This document shows positions 29,622 to 41,199 of a stretch of 64,000 nt of DNA, in pieces. Position 1 is the stretch's first letter. Every line of letters starts with the position of its first letter. The translations under genes were made by a program, and so were the position numbers. Origin of the DNA: an uncultured Paraglaciecola sp. GTDB taxonomy: Bacteria > Pseudomonadota > Gammaproteobacteria > Enterobacterales > Alteromonadaceae. The notes below the pieces were generated by a model. The model saw nothing but the letters and a program-made list of their open reading frames with translations, did no database searches and was not told the origin of the DNA. The DNA is taken from positions 17,120-81,119 of the forward strand of contig NZ_CAJXPA010000001.1 in assembly GCF_913058035.1 (NCBI RefSeq), given 5' to 3'.

Positions 29622-31946
29622 ATGAGTCAAGAAACCATTATTAATAAAGATGGCATCGAGCAGTTAACGATGCGCCGATTCACTGAAGAATCTTACCTAA
29701 ACTATTCGATGTACGTCATTATGGATAGAGCATTGCCACATATTGGTGATGGTTTGAAACCAGTGCAAAGACGTATCGTGTACGCCATGTCTGAGCTGGG
29801 CTTGAATAACGCAGCTAAATATAAAAAATCAGCACGTACTGTTGGCGATGTACTAGGTAAGTTTCACCCTCACGGGGACTCAGCCTGTTATGAAGCTATG
29901 GTACTGATGGCACAGCCATTTTCCTATCGCTATCCACTGGTCGATGGACAAGGTAATTGGGGAGCGCCAGACGATCCTAAATCGTTTGCTGCGATGCGTT
30001 ATACCGAATCTCGATTATCTAAATTTAGTGAGGTTCTATTAACTGAGTTAGGTCAAGGAACAGTTGATTGGCAGCCTAACTTTGATGGTACGTTAGATGA
30101 GCCAAAGGTACTCCCTGCACGTTTACCGCACATATTGTTAAATGGTATTACCGGAATTGCGGTAGGTATGGCAACTGATATCCCCCCACATAATGTACGT
30201 GAAGTTGCCAACGCTTGTGCTTATTTGTTAGACAATAGTAAAGCCGAGTTACACGAATTATTAGAATTTGTACAAGGTCCTGATTACCCTACAGATGCAG
30301 AAATTATTACAGCAAAATCAGATATTATTAAAATTTATGAAACTGGCCGCGGTTCCATCAGAATGCGAGCCGTGTATTCAGAAGATGGTGGCGATATTAT
30401 AATTACCGCGCTCCCTCATCAAGCATCTGGTGGCAAAATACTTGAACAAATTGCTGCACAAATGCAGGCTAAAAAATTACCTATGGTCAGTGATTTACGT
30501 GACGAGTCAGATCACGAAAATCCAACTCGGTTGTTGATTACACCCCGATCAAATCGTGTTGATGTAGAACAATTGATGCAACATTTGTTTGCCACAACAG
30601 ATTTAGAAAAAAGTTATAGAGTTAATATTAATATGATTGGCTTAGATGGCCGACCTCAGGTCAAAGACTTGCGGATGATATTAACAGAATGGTTGAGCTT
30701 CAGAAAAAGTACAGTTGTTCGCAGGTTGCAGTTTAGATTAGACAAAGTACTTGCCAGACTGCACATTCTTGAAGCTTTGATGATCGCTTTCTTAAATATT
30801 GACGAAGTAATCCGCATTATCCGTTTTGAAGAAAAACCTAAACAACAACTAATGACACAATTTAGTCTGTCAGATATTCAAGCTGAAGCCATTCTGGATT
30901 TAAAATTACGCCACCTTGCTAAATTAGAAGAATTTAAGATCCAAGGTGAACAAGAAGAATTAGCGAAAGAGCGAGATGCATTACAGTTATTGTTAGGTTC
31001 TGATAAACGTTTAAAAACGCTGATCAAAAAAGAAATATTAGAGGCGGCAGAGATATACGGTGATGATAGGCGTTCGCCACTTGTTGCACGAGGTGAATCG
31101 AAAGCGTTAACTGAAAAAGAATTAATTCCTTCGGAATCAGTCACAGTAGTGTTGTCTGAAAAAGGCTGGGCACGTTGTGCTAAAGGCCATGATGTGGATG
31201 TAGAAGGTCTGAGCTATAAAGCTGGTGACAGCTATCAGGCTAGTGCTAAAGGACGAAGTAATCAACAAGTTGTATTTATAGACTCTTCAGGTAGAACATT
31301 TTCTTGTGACGCCCATGGTTTACCTTCAGCTCGTAGCCAAGGAGAACCATTAACAGGTCGATTTAATATTGTCAGTGGCGAAAATGTTGAACATATGGTT
31401 ATGGGGAGTGATGATCAGCAGTATTTAATGGCATCTGACGCTGGTTATGGTTTTGTTGGTAAATTTAGCGATATGGTCAGTAAAAATAAAGCAGGAAAAG
31501 CCTATTTGTCCCTATCTACAGCCGCTAAAATTATTGGGCCAAAGCTAGTATCCGATCTCAAAACTGATTGGTGTTTAGCTATTTCGAGCGAAGGTAGAAT
31601 GTTAATGTTTCCGCTACGAGATTTGCCAAGTTTAGGTAAAGGTAAAGGTAACAAGCTGCTGAGTATTCCATCGGCAAAGGTACAATCCAGAGAAGAATAT
31701 GTAAGAGTGTTAGCAGTAGTCCCGCAAGGCGCTAATGTTAAAATCTTAGCGGGTAAAAGAGGTATGACGTTAACCGCAGCTGATCTTGAACATTATCAAG
31801 GAGATCGAGGCAGACGCGGAAATAAATTACCTCGAGGTCTACAGCGAGTCGACGGAATAGAAGTTGTAAAAGCTGGGGTAGCTTCTACTCAGGCAGATGA
31901 AATCGATCCTACCGATAACAACGGTTCGGGTTTATCTTTGCAATAA
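29622..31946 (+). CDS. parC: DNA topoisomerase IV subunit A
   Basis: [48 protein letters not shown] active-site Tyr. Confidence 0.97.
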   Translation: MSQETIINKDGIEQLTMRRFTEESYLNYSMYVIMDRALPHIGDGLKPVQRRIVYAMSELGLNNAAKYKKSARTVGDVLGKFHPHGDSACYEAMVLMAQPFSYRYPLVDGQGNWGAPDDPKSFAAMRYTESRLSKFSEVLLTELGQGTVDWQPNFDGTLDEPKVLPARLPHILLNGITGIAVGMATDIPPHNVREVANACAYLLDNSKAELHELLEFVQGPDYPTDAEIITAKSDIIKIYETGRGSIRMRAVYSEDGGDIIITALPHQASGGKILEQIAAQMQAKKLPMVSDLRDESDHENPTRLLITPRSNRVDVEQLMQHLFATTDLEKSYRVNINMIGLDGRPQVKDLRMILTEWLSFRKSTVVRRLQFRLDKVLARLHILEALMIAFLNIDEVIRIIRFEEKPKQQLMTQFSLSDIQAEAILDLKLRHLAKLEEFKIQGEQEELAKERDALQLLLGSDKRLKTLIKKEILEAAEIYGDDRRSPLVARGESKALTEKELIPSESVTVVLSEKGWARCAKGHDVDVEGLSYKAGDSYQASAKGRSNQQVVFIDSSGRTFSCDAHGLPSARSQGEPLTGRFNIVSGENVEHMVMGSDDQQYLMASDAGYGFVGKFSDMVSKNKAGKAYLSLSTAAKIIGPKLVSDLKTDWCLAISSEGRMLMFPLRDLPSLGKGKGNKLLSIPSAKVQSREEYVRVLAVVPQGANVKILAGKRGMTLTAADLEHYQGDRGRRGNKLPRGLQRVDGIEVVKAGVASTQADEIDPTDNNGSGLSLQ

Positions 31947-32047
31947 CAGACTCACTGTTAAGTGGATGCAACGATTTCATCCGCTTTTCTTCGCTATCAA
32001 ACGCCTCTCACTTCACTTTTTAGTTGACTGAATAAGGTCTCATATAC

Positions 32048-33322
32048 ATGTCCAATATTTTTTTAAAGTATTTGCTAGCGCTTGTTTTATTGACTTTTTT
32101 TAGTACCTCTTTTGCAGAGCCTAAGGAAGAGGCTGATGAAAAGCCTATTGTCATTATGATTGGCATTGACGGACTTCGAGCAGATACATTGGAACGAATG
32201 CCTGCACCTTATTTGCGGTCATTAGCAGATTCTGGCGTTCGTGCCAGTATGATCCCAGCTATGCCGACAAAAACCTTCGTGAATTTTTATTCTTTAGCAA
32301 CAGGTTTACACCCAAAAAATCATGGCTTTGTTTCAAATTATCCTTATGACCGAAAAATAGGACGTAAATTCAATCGTCAAACAGACGTAAGCGATCCTAA
32401 GTGGTGGGGCGGCGAACCTATTTGGATAACCGCTGAAAAACAAGGTGTCAAAGCGGCAACGTATTTTTGGGTCGGTTCAGAAGTTGAAATCGATGGTGTT
32501 CGTCCATCATTTTGGAAACCATATCAACAAGATAAAGACTACGCAGAACGTGTTGAAGAGGTGTTAGGGTGGCTTGCTCTTCCTGAAAAAGAGCGCCCAA
32601 GGCTAATTACTTTATATTTTTCAGCAGTCGACAGTGCAGCACATGATTTTGGTGTGGGTTCAGCGCAAGAACGAGATGCTGTGGCTAAGGTTGACCAACA
32701 TATTGGTGATTTGCTGCACGGACTCAACAAGCTCGGACTTGAACCACAAACTAATATAGTGGTTGTAGCGGACCATGGAATGGTTAATTTGTCTGATCAA
32801 CGTGTGATTAATATTGACCCGTGGTTGGACTTATCAACTTTTATTATTCCCGATTGGTCAGATGAGAGAAGCTCAGTACACGCTCCGTTTCTAAATCTTT
32901 ATGCAGCACCTGTTTCAGTAGATACAGCATATACAAAATTACACAAGGCCCATCCCAACATGCGCGTTTTAAGACGTGGCAATTTCCCCGCTAATTATCA
33001 TTTTGACCATCCACAAAGAGGACCTGATCTGATGCTGTTAGCTGATCCTGGTTGGAGTATTTATGCCAGTCGAGATAAACGAAAGCCGGAACCAATGGCT
33101 AAATTAGGTCGCCCTGTTGCCACTCATGGTTATGATAATCAAGACCCATTGATGCACGCCATCTTCATAGCTAGTGGCCCAGCATTTAATAAGAAGCTGA
33201 CGACCGCACCTTTCGATAACATAGAAATATATGGATTATTGGCCTGCGCTTTAAAAATAAAACCATCTAACACGGATGGAGATATTAAAAATGTGCAATA
33301 TTTAATGGCACAAGATTGCTAA
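32048..33322 (+). CDS. Exported nucleotide pyrophosphatase/phosphodiesterase (alkaline phosphatase superfamily)
   Basis: Signal peptide, IDGLR, PTKTFVN catalytic Thr, WWGGEPIW, D..AH, ADHGM, HGYDN. Confidence 0.9.
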   Translation: MSNIFLKYLLALVLLTFFSTSFAEPKEEADEKPIVIMIGIDGLRADTLERMPAPYLRSLADSGVRASMIPAMPTKTFVNFYSLATGLHPKNHGFVSNYPYDRKIGRKFNRQTDVSDPKWWGGEPIWITAEKQGVKAATYFWVGSEVEIDGVRPSFWKPYQQDKDYAERVEEVLGWLALPEKERPRLITLYFSAVDSAAHDFGVGSAQERDAVAKVDQHIGDLLHGLNKLGLEPQTNIVVVADHGMVNLSDQRVINIDPWLDLSTFIIPDWSDERSSVHAPFLNLYAAPVSVDTAYTKLHKAHPNMRVLRRGNFPANYHFDHPQRGPDLMLLADPGWSIYASRDKRKPEPMAKLGRPVATHGYDNQDPLMHAIFIASGPAFNKKLTTAPFDNIEIYGLLACALKIKPSNTDGDIKNVQYLMAQDC

Positions 33323-33474
33323 TTTTCTTCAGAGTAGTGTCCTGACCATAAGGCCTGGAATTAAGTGGCTTATCCACGGACTTTCAGTTTAATCATTTTG
33401 GGGAACCTTAAAATAGTGCCTACAAGCACAATACTGCTACCTTAATATTGGATTTTGGGGCAAAAACCTCAAAA

Positions 33475-34455
33475 TTACTTGGGCTCAATTTCTCTAACAT
33501 GACGTTTGACTGATAACAATGAACCAGTCAGACCTAGAAGGACTGACAGGCCTAACATCCACAAGAAAGTAGAGAGGTCAGCACCGGTTAAATTGAAACT
33601 CTTTTGATATAACTCGCTGACTGCACTAACACTGCTGCTCATCCACCATAAAAGTAATATAACCACTATCCACGCTAGTAAACCACCTAAAAATCCATAC
33701 CAAAAGCCTGTGTACATAAAGGGACGCTGGATAAAAGCATCTGTTGCACCGACAAGTTTCATCACTAAAATCTCGTCTTTTTTACTAATAATGTTGAGTC
33801 TTATCGTATTACCAATAATGAGAACAACGGCAAGGAACAGTAAAAGAGCGATAACTGAGACCAAATCTTTGACGACATTAAGCAAAGCATGCAGGCGTTC
33901 AAGCCATTCAATATCTAACTTGCCCACATCAACTTCTCTTTCGTCTTTGAGCTTATCTAAAAGTAAACGAGCGGCAACAGGACCGGAATGGCGGCTTGTG
34001 GGTGTGACCAATAACACATTAGGCAATGGATTTTTATCTAAGTAAGCAATAGCATCACCAAAGCCAGATAATTGTTTAAATTCATCAAGTGCTTGGTCTG
34101 CCGATATGTAGTTTATCGAATCAATTTCTGGCCAGAGTTGAATTCGTTTTAAAAGTTGCTCTATGTCTCCTTGACTTACTTTTTCTTTTAAAAATAAAGA
34201 TATTTGAGAAGCTTGTTCCCAACCAGAGCTTACATTTTCAGCATTTTTTACCATTACGTAGAGTGTGCTAGGTAAAGTAATACTTAATCCTAGTACACCT
34301 ATCGTCATCAGTGACGAGGCTTTTGAGCGCCATAGTTCACCCAAGCTAGCCAGTGCTTGTCTAAAATGGCTAACAAAAAACATCAAAAAACGCTGATATG
34401 CAGATATTTGTGAAATTTGTGCACCTTGCACTCGACCTTTAAACAATATGCTCAT
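33475..34455 (-). CDS. ftsX: Cell division permease FtsX
   Basis: NPLP, IIGNTIRLNI..KKDEI.VMKLVGATDAFIQRPF. Confidence 0.95.
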   Translation of the reverse strand: MSILFKGRVQGAQISQISAYQRFLMFFVSHFRQALASLGELWRSKASSLMTIGVLGLSITLPSTLYVMVKNAENVSSGWEQASQISLFLKEKVSQGDIEQLLKRIQLWPEIDSINYISADQALDEFKQLSGFGDAIAYLDKNPLPNVLLVTPTSRHSGPVAARLLLDKLKDEREVDVGKLDIEWLERLHALLNVVKDLVSVIALLLFLAVVLIIGNTIRLNIISKKDEILVMKLVGATDAFIQRPFMYTGFWYGFLGGLLAWIVVILLLWWMSSSVSAVSELYQKSFNLTGADLSTFLWMLGLSVLLGLTGSLLSVKRHVREIEPK

Positions 34456-34515
34456 CTACTTAACCTACACAATGAGGTATCTAGTACAAAGCTAAAAGCT
34501 AAATTAAAGAAAAGG

Positions 34516-35211
34516 TTATACATAAAGATCGCCATTTTGAACTTCGTCAGTCAGACCATCAGTTATCATCTGACCTTGTTTGAGTGTGAGTGTTCTATAT
34601 TTCATGCGTGCAATCAGTCCAAGGTCATGAGTCGCGATAAATACGGATACACCTGCTTGATTAAAATCCTCAAACAAACGAATAATTTCCATTGATAATT
34701 TGGGGTCTAAATTACCTGTTGGTTCATCCGCTAATAACAGAGGTGGTTTGTTTACTACGGCTCGGGCAATACCGACTCTTTGTTGTTCACCGCCTGAGAG
34801 CATAGCAGGCAAATTTTTAACCTTATCTCTTAAACCTACCATCTCTAATGCTGCATGAACGCGTTTCGCTGTTTCTTTATGTGAATAACCTTCAATAATT
34901 AAAGGTAACGCTACGTTGTCAAAGACACTTTTATCCATCAACAATTGGTGACTCTGAAAAATCATCCCAATATCTCGGCGTATATAAGCAATTTGTTTTC
35001 GTTGAATATTACTTAAATCATGTCCATTGATTAATACTTTACCTACAGTCGGTCGATCCATGATGGATATCAGCTTCAGCAAGGTGCTTTTTCCGGCGCC
35101 TGAGTGCCCAGTTAAAAAAGCCATTTCTCCAGGCTCAATATGAAAATCGACCTTTCTCAAAGCTTGTTGTCCGCCGGGATAGGTTTTACTGACTTGTTCA
35201 AACTTAATCAT
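34516..35211 (-). CDS. ftsE: Cell division ATP-binding protein FtsE
   Basis: [34 protein letters not shown]. Confidence 0.95.
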   Translation of the reverse strand: MIKFEQVSKTYPGGQQALRKVDFHIEPGEMAFLTGHSGAGKSTLLKLISIMDRPTVGKVLINGHDLSNIQRKQIAYIRRDIGMIFQSHQLLMDKSVFDNVALPLIIEGYSHKETAKRVHAALEMVGLRDKVKNLPAMLSGGEQQRVGIARAVVNKPPLLLADEPTGNLDPKLSMEIIRLFEDFNQAGVSVFIATHDLGLIARMKYRTLTLKQGQMITDGLTDEVQNGDLYV

Positions 35212-35231
35212 AAAATGGCTTAATTTGTTTA

Positions 35232-36632
35232 TTATTGCTGACGTTCAGGCTCTGAAAATAACGCATTTACAAAATCTTGGCTATTAAAAGGTCTCAAATC
35301 GTCAATGCCTTCACCTATACCGACATATCGAATAGGAATAGTAAATTGATCGGCTATGGCAAAAATTACCCCGCCTTTTGCGGTACCGTCTAATTTTGTT
35401 AAGCTTATTCCAGTTAAGCCTACTGCTGCATCAAATAGCTTAGTTTGGCTTACCGCATTTTGTCCTGTGGCCGCATCTAAAGTCAGCATGATTTCGTGTG
35501 GGGCTTCAGGTGCAATTTTTTTAATCACTCGCACCACCTTCTTGAGCTCTTCCATTAAATGTTCTTTGTTTTGTAAGCGGCCAGCGGTATCTGCAATCAA
35601 CACGTCGATATTTTTTGCCTTGGCGGATTGAAATGCATCAAAAATGACTGATGCGCTGTCTGACCCAGTTTGTTGTGCAACTACTGGAATATTATTGCGC
35701 TCGCCCCAGACTTGAAGTTGTTCAACCGCCGCTGCTCTGAAAGTATCTCCTGCTGCCAACATCACTTTCTTACCTTGCTGCTGAAATTGCTTAGCCATCT
35801 TGCCAATCGTGGTGGTTTTACCTACGCCATTCACCCCGACCATTAAAATGACAAATGGACCAGACTCCGTTTTAAGGGTGAGCGGGGACTCTACTTTCTT
35901 CAATATATCGCCCATTTGTTCTTTTAATAATTGGTATAAGGCGTCACCGTCCTTTAATTGTTTACGATTTGAACTTTCAGTTAGTTGCTTGATGATTTTA
36001 ACTGTTGTGTCCATTCCTACATCCGCCACCAATAGCTGTGTTTCTAGCTCTTCAAACAATTCATCATCAATGGCCTTGCCACGAAACAAGCTAACAATGC
36101 CACTGCCGATACTTTCTTTGGTTCGAGACAATCCACGTTTTAGCTTACTAAAAAATCCAACCTTTTCAGTATCTGTAAATTCTTGTTGTTTGATGGGTGA
36201 TTTATCTAATGTTTCTTCATTTTCTTCTAAAACATTGTTGTCCAAGTTGAGATTATCTGTAATCACATCTTGAGTAACAACAGGTTCAGGACCTGATTCA
36301 GGATCAATAGTTTCCTTGCCCTTTTCTAATATACTTTCTGAGGTAGTGTTATTACTGGAACAATTGTTTTTGACTGTTAATGGCTCTATCTTTCGAGTAT
36401 TAATCGTAGACTCATAGCTCGCCATTGTTTCAATTTGTTGTGGTTTAGTTATCTCATTGGGTTTGGCAATGGGCTCGTTTGAGGTGGAAGTAGTAGAGAT
36501 GGAATTATCATTCTCTATTAATTCTGGCTTTAAATTTACATGTTCAATTGTCGTTTGAATAGGAGCTTGATCAACAACAGAAGGCTCTTCATGTTGTTTT
36601 TCTTTTTTCAGCCATTTGAAAAACTTTGACAT
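35232..36632 (-). CDS. ftsY: SRP receptor FtsY with acidic N-terminal extension
   Basis: GVNGVGKTTTIGK, DTFRAAAVEQL, DTAGRLQ, TKLDGTAKGG; likely start MSKFFKWL at 36632. Confidence 0.95.
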   Translation of the reverse strand: MSKFFKWLKKEKQHEEPSVVDQAPIQTTIEHVNLKPELIENDNSISTTSTSNEPIAKPNEITKPQQIETMASYESTINTRKIEPLTVKNNCSSNNTTSESILEKGKETIDPESGPEPVVTQDVITDNLNLDNNVLEENEETLDKSPIKQQEFTDTEKVGFFSKLKRGLSRTKESIGSGIVSLFRGKAIDDELFEELETQLLVADVGMDTTVKIIKQLTESSNRKQLKDGDALYQLLKEQMGDILKKVESPLTLKTESGPFVILMVGVNGVGKTTTIGKMAKQFQQQGKKVMLAAGDTFRAAAVEQLQVWGERNNIPVVAQQTGSDSASVIFDAFQSAKAKNIDVLIADTAGRLQNKEHLMEELKKVVRVIKKIAPEAPHEIMLTLDAATGQNAVSQTKLFDAAVGLTGISLTKLDGTAKGGVIFAIADQFTIPIRYVGIGEGIDDLRPFNSQDFVNALFSEPERQQ

Positions 36633-36702
36633 ACCGGTGAGAAATCCTAAGTAATTGGGTAAACTATTTAAATAATTCATAATAATAGCATTTCTATACC
36701 AA

Positions 36703-37326
36703 ATGAAGCGAGACGAAAAACGTTCAACAAAGAGTAATACACTAGCCGGCTCAAAACCTAGTGGCTTAGTACGGATCATTAGTGGGCGTTTTCGTGGACG
36801 TAGATTACCGGTACTCGATGTTCAAGGCTTGCGACCAACAACGGATAAAAATAAGGAAATGTTATTTAGCTGGCTGACCCCATACACCTCGGATGCAAGA
36901 TGTTTAGACGCATTTGCTGGCAGTGGTGGTTTGGGTTTTGAAGCGTTGTCGCGTTATGCAGATTGCTGTACTTTTATTGAGTTAGATAAAAGTGTGGCAA
37001 AAAATCTAGCCGCTAATATTCAATTGTTGGGTTTATCTGCGCAACAGGCGAAAATCATCCAAGGTAATACGTTAAATACGATGATGACGCTTAGTAACAC
37101 GGAACGGCCATATGAGTTGATTTTTTTAGACCCGCCTTTTAATCAAAATTTACTACCTGAAACGATTGAACGTATCGTTGAAAAAGACTTATTAGCTATC
37201 GATGGTGTTATTTATATCGAATGTGAAGGCCAAGGTATAATTTATTCAGTTCCTGAAAACTGGAAAATGCTCAAAGAAAAACACAGTGCGCAGATCTTGG
37301 CTAGAGTTTATCAACGCATCAGCTAA
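36703..37326 (+). CDS. rsmD: 16S rRNA m2G966 methyltransferase
   Basis: VRIISGRFRGRRL, GLRPTTD, DAFAGSGGLGFEALSR, FLDPPF; divergent from ftsY. Confidence 0.93.
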   Translation: MKRDEKRSTKSNTLAGSKPSGLVRIISGRFRGRRLPVLDVQGLRPTTDKNKEMLFSWLTPYTSDARCLDAFAGSGGLGFEALSRYADCCTFIELDKSVAKNLAANIQLLGLSAQQAKIIQGNTLNTMMTLSNTERPYELIFLDPPFNQNLLPETIERIVEKDLLAIDGVIYIECEGQGIIYSVPENWKMLKEKHSAQILARVYQRIS

Positions 37327-37332
37327 GGTTAT

Positions 37333-37926
37333 TTAGATTTCTAAACCAATGTTGCTCATACCCTCTGCGGTGGCTAATTGTTTAAGTTGTTTACAGCTTT
37401 CGGCATTTTTTGCGCACGTTGACAAAAATATTAATAACTCTTGTTGAGTTTCGATTTCCCATTGCATCAATGGGTGTTGTTTAATATCTACGTCGCTGAT
37501 GTCTTCTTCAGTACTGGCTTCAATAAACGCCTCTACCCCGCCTTGAGATAATTTGCTAACAACAACTGCACCTTGTGGATCTTCCCCTTGAATCAGTAAA
37601 ATGGTCGCTGATAGGGACATAGCCATGTCAATTGCTGGATAGACACCATAATTATCAAAGTCCACAGCATCAGGCACTGCGTCTTCAACTTTTTCTAGTT
37701 GAACGGAAAAGTTTATTTTTGCTTTGGGCACAGCTAACCATTCCCAAATTGAATTCAGACTATTACGATATTGAGCAGGATCAGCAAATTCGGTGGCTTC
37801 ACAAAACAGCACATAGTTGGGTAACATTCGTTCCAAAAGTGTGGCTGAAAAGGCAACTGCATGCCACCCTTCTAGTTCTCTAACTTGTTGGAATATATTC
37901 AGTTTTTTTTTCAAAGTTACTCTCAT
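37333..37926 (-). CDS. yjaG: YjaG/DUF416 family protein
   Basis: ERMLPNY.LFCE, KINF..QLEKVE..VP...FD.YGVYPAID. Confidence 0.85.
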   Translation of the reverse strand: MRVTLKKKLNIFQQVRELEGWHAVAFSATLLERMLPNYVLFCEATEFADPAQYRNSLNSIWEWLAVPKAKINFSVQLEKVEDAVPDAVDFDNYGVYPAIDMAMSLSATILLIQGEDPQGAVVVSKLSQGGVEAFIEASTEEDISDVDIKQHPLMQWEIETQQELLIFLSTCAKNAESCKQLKQLATAEGMSNIGLEI

Positions 37927-38067
37927 TATTATTTGTACGAGCCTGCGTCGGATGATGCAAGCTCAAATATGTAAAAGGTTTCTCACAAAATTCATCGTAT
38001 TCAAATAAACAGAATACTTAGAGCGCAAAGTGTAAAAAAATTAAAAATAACATCATGTAATACTTAA

Positions 38068-38658
38068 CTAGCCGAGAGAATAATATTGTCCTATACCGTC
38101 CAATAACATTTGGATAGAAATCATGATCAAAATCATGCCCATCAGTCTTTCTATGGCGATCAATCCCCTTTCACCTAATATCCTATGTAGTGTGCTAGAT
38201 AACATCAGGATAGTCGCTGAGGCTAACCATGCCGCTCCTAAAGCTAAAGACCAATCTAGCATACGGTTATGATCTTGATTTGCCAATAATATAAGTGCTG
38301 CTAATATGGAAGGACCCGCTATCATTGGGATAGCTAATGGCACAATAAATGGTTCCTCATCAGAGGTTAAACCTGCCACGCCTCCTGGCTGCGGAAATAC
38401 CATCTTTAAACCGATCAAAAATAGAATAATACCTCCGGCTATGCTCACGCTTTCTTGGCGAACGTTTAAAAAGTTCAACACAGCTTGTCCGCTAAACAAA
38501 AAGGTAAACATAATAATCAAAGAGAATAACAGTTCTCTCGCTAATACTATTCTTCTTCGCCTAGGCTCAATTGTTTTTAACACGGACATAAATACTGGCA
38601 TGTTACCCAGTGGATCCATAATCAAAAATAAGGTGATTGCAGCAGACCAAATATCCAT
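38068..38658 (-). CDS. yhgN: YhgN/MarC family (NAAT) membrane protein
   Basis: LFLIMDPLGN, IAGGIILF, PFIVPLAIP.IAGP, ERLMGMIL. Confidence 0.88.
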   Translation of the reverse strand: MDIWSAAITLFLIMDPLGNMPVFMSVLKTIEPRRRRIVLARELLFSLIIMFTFLFSGQAVLNFLNVRQESVSIAGGIILFLIGLKMVFPQPGGVAGLTSDEEPFIVPLAIPMIAGPSILAALILLANQDHNRMLDWSLALGAAWLASATILMLSSTLHRILGERGLIAIERLMGMILIMISIQMLLDGIGQYYSLG

Positions 38659-38987
38659 CAGTGACTCTAAAATTACATTGTTTTTTATTAGTTTATATTA
38701 TCTCACCCTTACACCCTAAGATTAGTTTTATTTTCAACAGCTTGATAATTATATGAAAAAGGGTGAATAGTGGATGCAGATTTGAATTCAAATGAATAGC
38801 TGGGTAATTTTTATTTGCATACTTTGCGCTTTATCAATGTTTCATCAAAATATAATAAGAAAATTGAAAATTGAATAGTGGGTTCGATGATTGTCAAGTA
38901 AGTAGCCGAGTTTCTAGTTATTTAGGATGCGGCAATCGATTGATAAGCAAGAGTCTGCTGAATGCTGCCGATAAAAATCAATTTTTG

Positions 38988-39040
38988 TAAAAAGGACAAA
39001 AAGAATAAAAAGGACAAAAAGAATAAAAAGGACTAAAAGA
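38988..39040. repeat. 18-bp tandem repeat TAAAAAGGACAAAAAGAA (~3 copies)
   Basis: Units start at 38988, 39006 and 39024. Confidence 0.85.
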
Positions 39041-39081
39041 TATTTATTGTGCGTTTAAGGGGCTGGGAATTGTCCTAAAAC

Positions 39082-39115
39082 CGAAGGAGCGGCCGTGATA
39101 ATGCACGCTCCTTCG
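39082..39115 (-). terminator. Hairpin immediately after pepB stop
   Basis: CGAAGGAGCG...CGCTCCTTCG 10-bp inverted repeat. Confidence 0.55.
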
Positions 39116-39122
39116 ATGGTGC

Positions 39123-40406
39123 TTACTCTTCTAGTAAAGCACGCGCTATTGTTCTAACCCCTTGCGCCGTTGCGCCTACAGGCATAGTTACGGAGCCACT
39201 GGCGTTGTATGCCGCGGCTAAGTCAATATGCAACCATCCGGTACCTTCTTCATTAACGAACCTCGATAAGAAACCTGCTGCATTGGATGCGCCACCTCCA
39301 CCGCCCCCTTTTTGAGATTTACTGTTAGCAGTATTAGCAAAAGCAGACGGGCATTTATATCGATGCCATTTTTCTAAAGGTAAACACCATGAAGGTTCAA
39401 ACTCTTGTACTGAATACTCTAAAACTCTTTGCTGAAGCACTTTGTCTAAGGCAAAAAAAGCATTGTATTCTTCGCCCAACGCCACCATTGCCGCGCCTGT
39501 CAGTGTGGCTGCATCTATAATTAATTTAGAACCCGTTTCAGTAGCAGCCATTAAGCCATCGGCCAAAACTAGTCTGCCTTCAGCATCGGTATTGACTACT
39601 TCTACCGTTGTGCCATTTTTGTAGGTGATTACATCACCTAATTTATAAGCATGACCACTGATAAGGTTTTCAGCACAACATAAAAATAACTTAACCCTCT
39701 TTTTTAAGCCTCGCAACATAGCTAAGCCAAGTGCGCCAGTGACGGTTGCTGCGCCGCCCATATCACATTTCATGCTCAGCATGCCCTCACTGCTTTTGAT
39801 ACTATACCCACCGCTATCGAATGTAATGCCCTTACCCACTAGGCAAGCTGAAATAGGTGCGTTGATATCGCCTGTAGGATTATAGTCAATTTCAATTAAC
39901 ACTGGGGGGCGAGTGCTACCGCGACCCACATGATAAATACCCATCCAGCCTTGCTCTTTGAGTGCTTCACCCACCCACCTTTTGCTGCTTATATGCTTTT
40001 CATCTATACCTGAAAGCCAATTTTCGCAGGTATTAGCAAGTATTTCTGGAGATAAATCTTCAGGTGTTGCATTGGTGATGTTTCGAGTGAAAATCATGGC
40101 TCGATATCGATTTGATAACTCGTTTATATTAGCATCGTCACACCACTTAATATGGTGCTGCTTATTAGTGGTAGTAAAGCTTAAAGCGAAAGCCCATTGC
40201 TGTTCAATTTCCCAGCTTCCAGACAATTCAACTTGTAACACACCCAAATTATCAAGCTTACGTGCCGCTTTTTTAACAAGGTCTAAATCATTTTGATGTT
40301 CCACTAAGTGAATTTGTGCAGCTTGACCATTTACAGATAAAACAGTACCGGATGAATAATAATCAGCTGCAGCTTGATTGGTAATAAAAACAGATAAAAA
40401 AGACAT
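39123..40406 (-). CDS. pepB: Aminopeptidase B (M17)
   Basis: LVGKGITFDSGGYSIK, MKCDMGGAA, NTDAEGRLVLADG; 427 aa with a PepB-type short N-domain. Confidence 0.92.
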   Translation of the reverse strand: MSFLSVFITNQAAADYYSSGTVLSVNGQAAQIHLVEHQNDLDLVKKAARKLDNLGVLQVELSGSWEIEQQWAFALSFTTTNKQHHIKWCDDANINELSNRYRAMIFTRNITNATPEDLSPEILANTCENWLSGIDEKHISSKRWVGEALKEQGWMGIYHVGRGSTRPPVLIEIDYNPTGDINAPISACLVGKGITFDSGGYSIKSSEGMLSMKCDMGGAATVTGALGLAMLRGLKKRVKLFLCCAENLISGHAYKLGDVITYKNGTTVEVVNTDAEGRLVLADGLMAATETGSKLIIDAATLTGAAMVALGEEYNAFFALDKVLQQRVLEYSVQEFEPSWCLPLEKWHRYKCPSAFANTANSKSQKGGGGGGASNAAGFLSRFVNEEGTGWLHIDLAAAYNASGSVTMPVGATAQGVRTIARALLEE

Positions 40407-40479
40407 AACTACTCCATCTAGAAAAAGGTGGGTAGAATAGCATGACGCTTTTAACCCAACATCATTATAAGTAGCTATT

Positions 40480-41199
40480 ATGCAGTTCTCTTCCCCTCTT
40501 ATTCAAGGCACATTGATCAAACGTTATAAGCGATTTTTAGCTGATGTACAGCTGACTGACGGTAGCATCGTTATTGCACATTGCCCAAACACAGGGGCAA
40601 TGACCGGGTGTGCAGAGCCTGGATGGCAGGTATGGCTGTCGCCCAGTGATAATCCAAAACGTAAGTTGTCGTATACATGGGAAGTGGTGTTAACTGATCA
40701 ACATCATTGGATTGGTATCAATACTCAAAAAGCTAATGTATTAGTCAAAGAAGCCATACAACAAAATAAAATATCTGAATTGTTAGGATACAAAACCTTG
40801 CAGGCTGAAGTAAAGTTTGGGGAAGAGAATAGTCGGATTGATTTTTTACTCACAGATCCTGAAAAGGATGATTGTTATGTTGAAGTGAAATCCGTCACTT
40901 TATTACAAGAAGATACCTTACAGGGGAGTGCGGGGTATTTTCCAGACGCAAAGACCTTACGTGGACAAAAACATCTGCGAGAGCTTAGTCATATTTCCAG
41001 CCAAGGGAAACGAGCCGTATTGTTTTTTTGTGTGCAACATTCAGGCATTAAATCAGTACAAATAGCGACGCATATTGATCCTGATTACGCTAAAGAGCTC
41101 AAAGAGGCTATGCTAAACGGAGTCCAGATTTTATGTTACGGTTGCGACATAAATTCGGAAAAAATTTATATAAATCAGAATTTATGTTTTTTTTCATAA
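40480..41199 (+). CDS. sfsA: DNA/RNA nuclease SfsA
   Basis: RYKRFLAD, HCPNTGAM, SRIDF, EVKSVTL, FPDA.T.RGQKHLREL. Confidence 0.95.
   Translation: MQFSSPLIQGTLIKRYKRFLADVQLTDGSIVIAHCPNTGAMTGCAEPGWQVWLSPSDNPKRKLSYTWEVVLTDQHHWIGINTQKANVLVKEAIQQNKISELLGYKTLQAEVKFGEENSRIDFLLTDPEKDDCYVEVKSVTLLQEDTLQGSAGYFPDAKTLRGQKHLRELSHISSQGKRAVLFFCVQHSGIKSVQIATHIDPDYAKELKEAMLNGVQILCYGCDINSEKIYINQNLCFFS

Noticed and set aside
36633-36779. FtsY N-terminal extension overlapping rsmD
   Set aside because: Would overlap the divergent rsmD start; ATG 36632 is the plausible start
38760-39090. Possible CsrB/RsmZ-like sRNA (several GGA motifs)
   Set aside because: Most GGAs come from an A-rich 18-bp tandem duplication without stem-loops; density is too low
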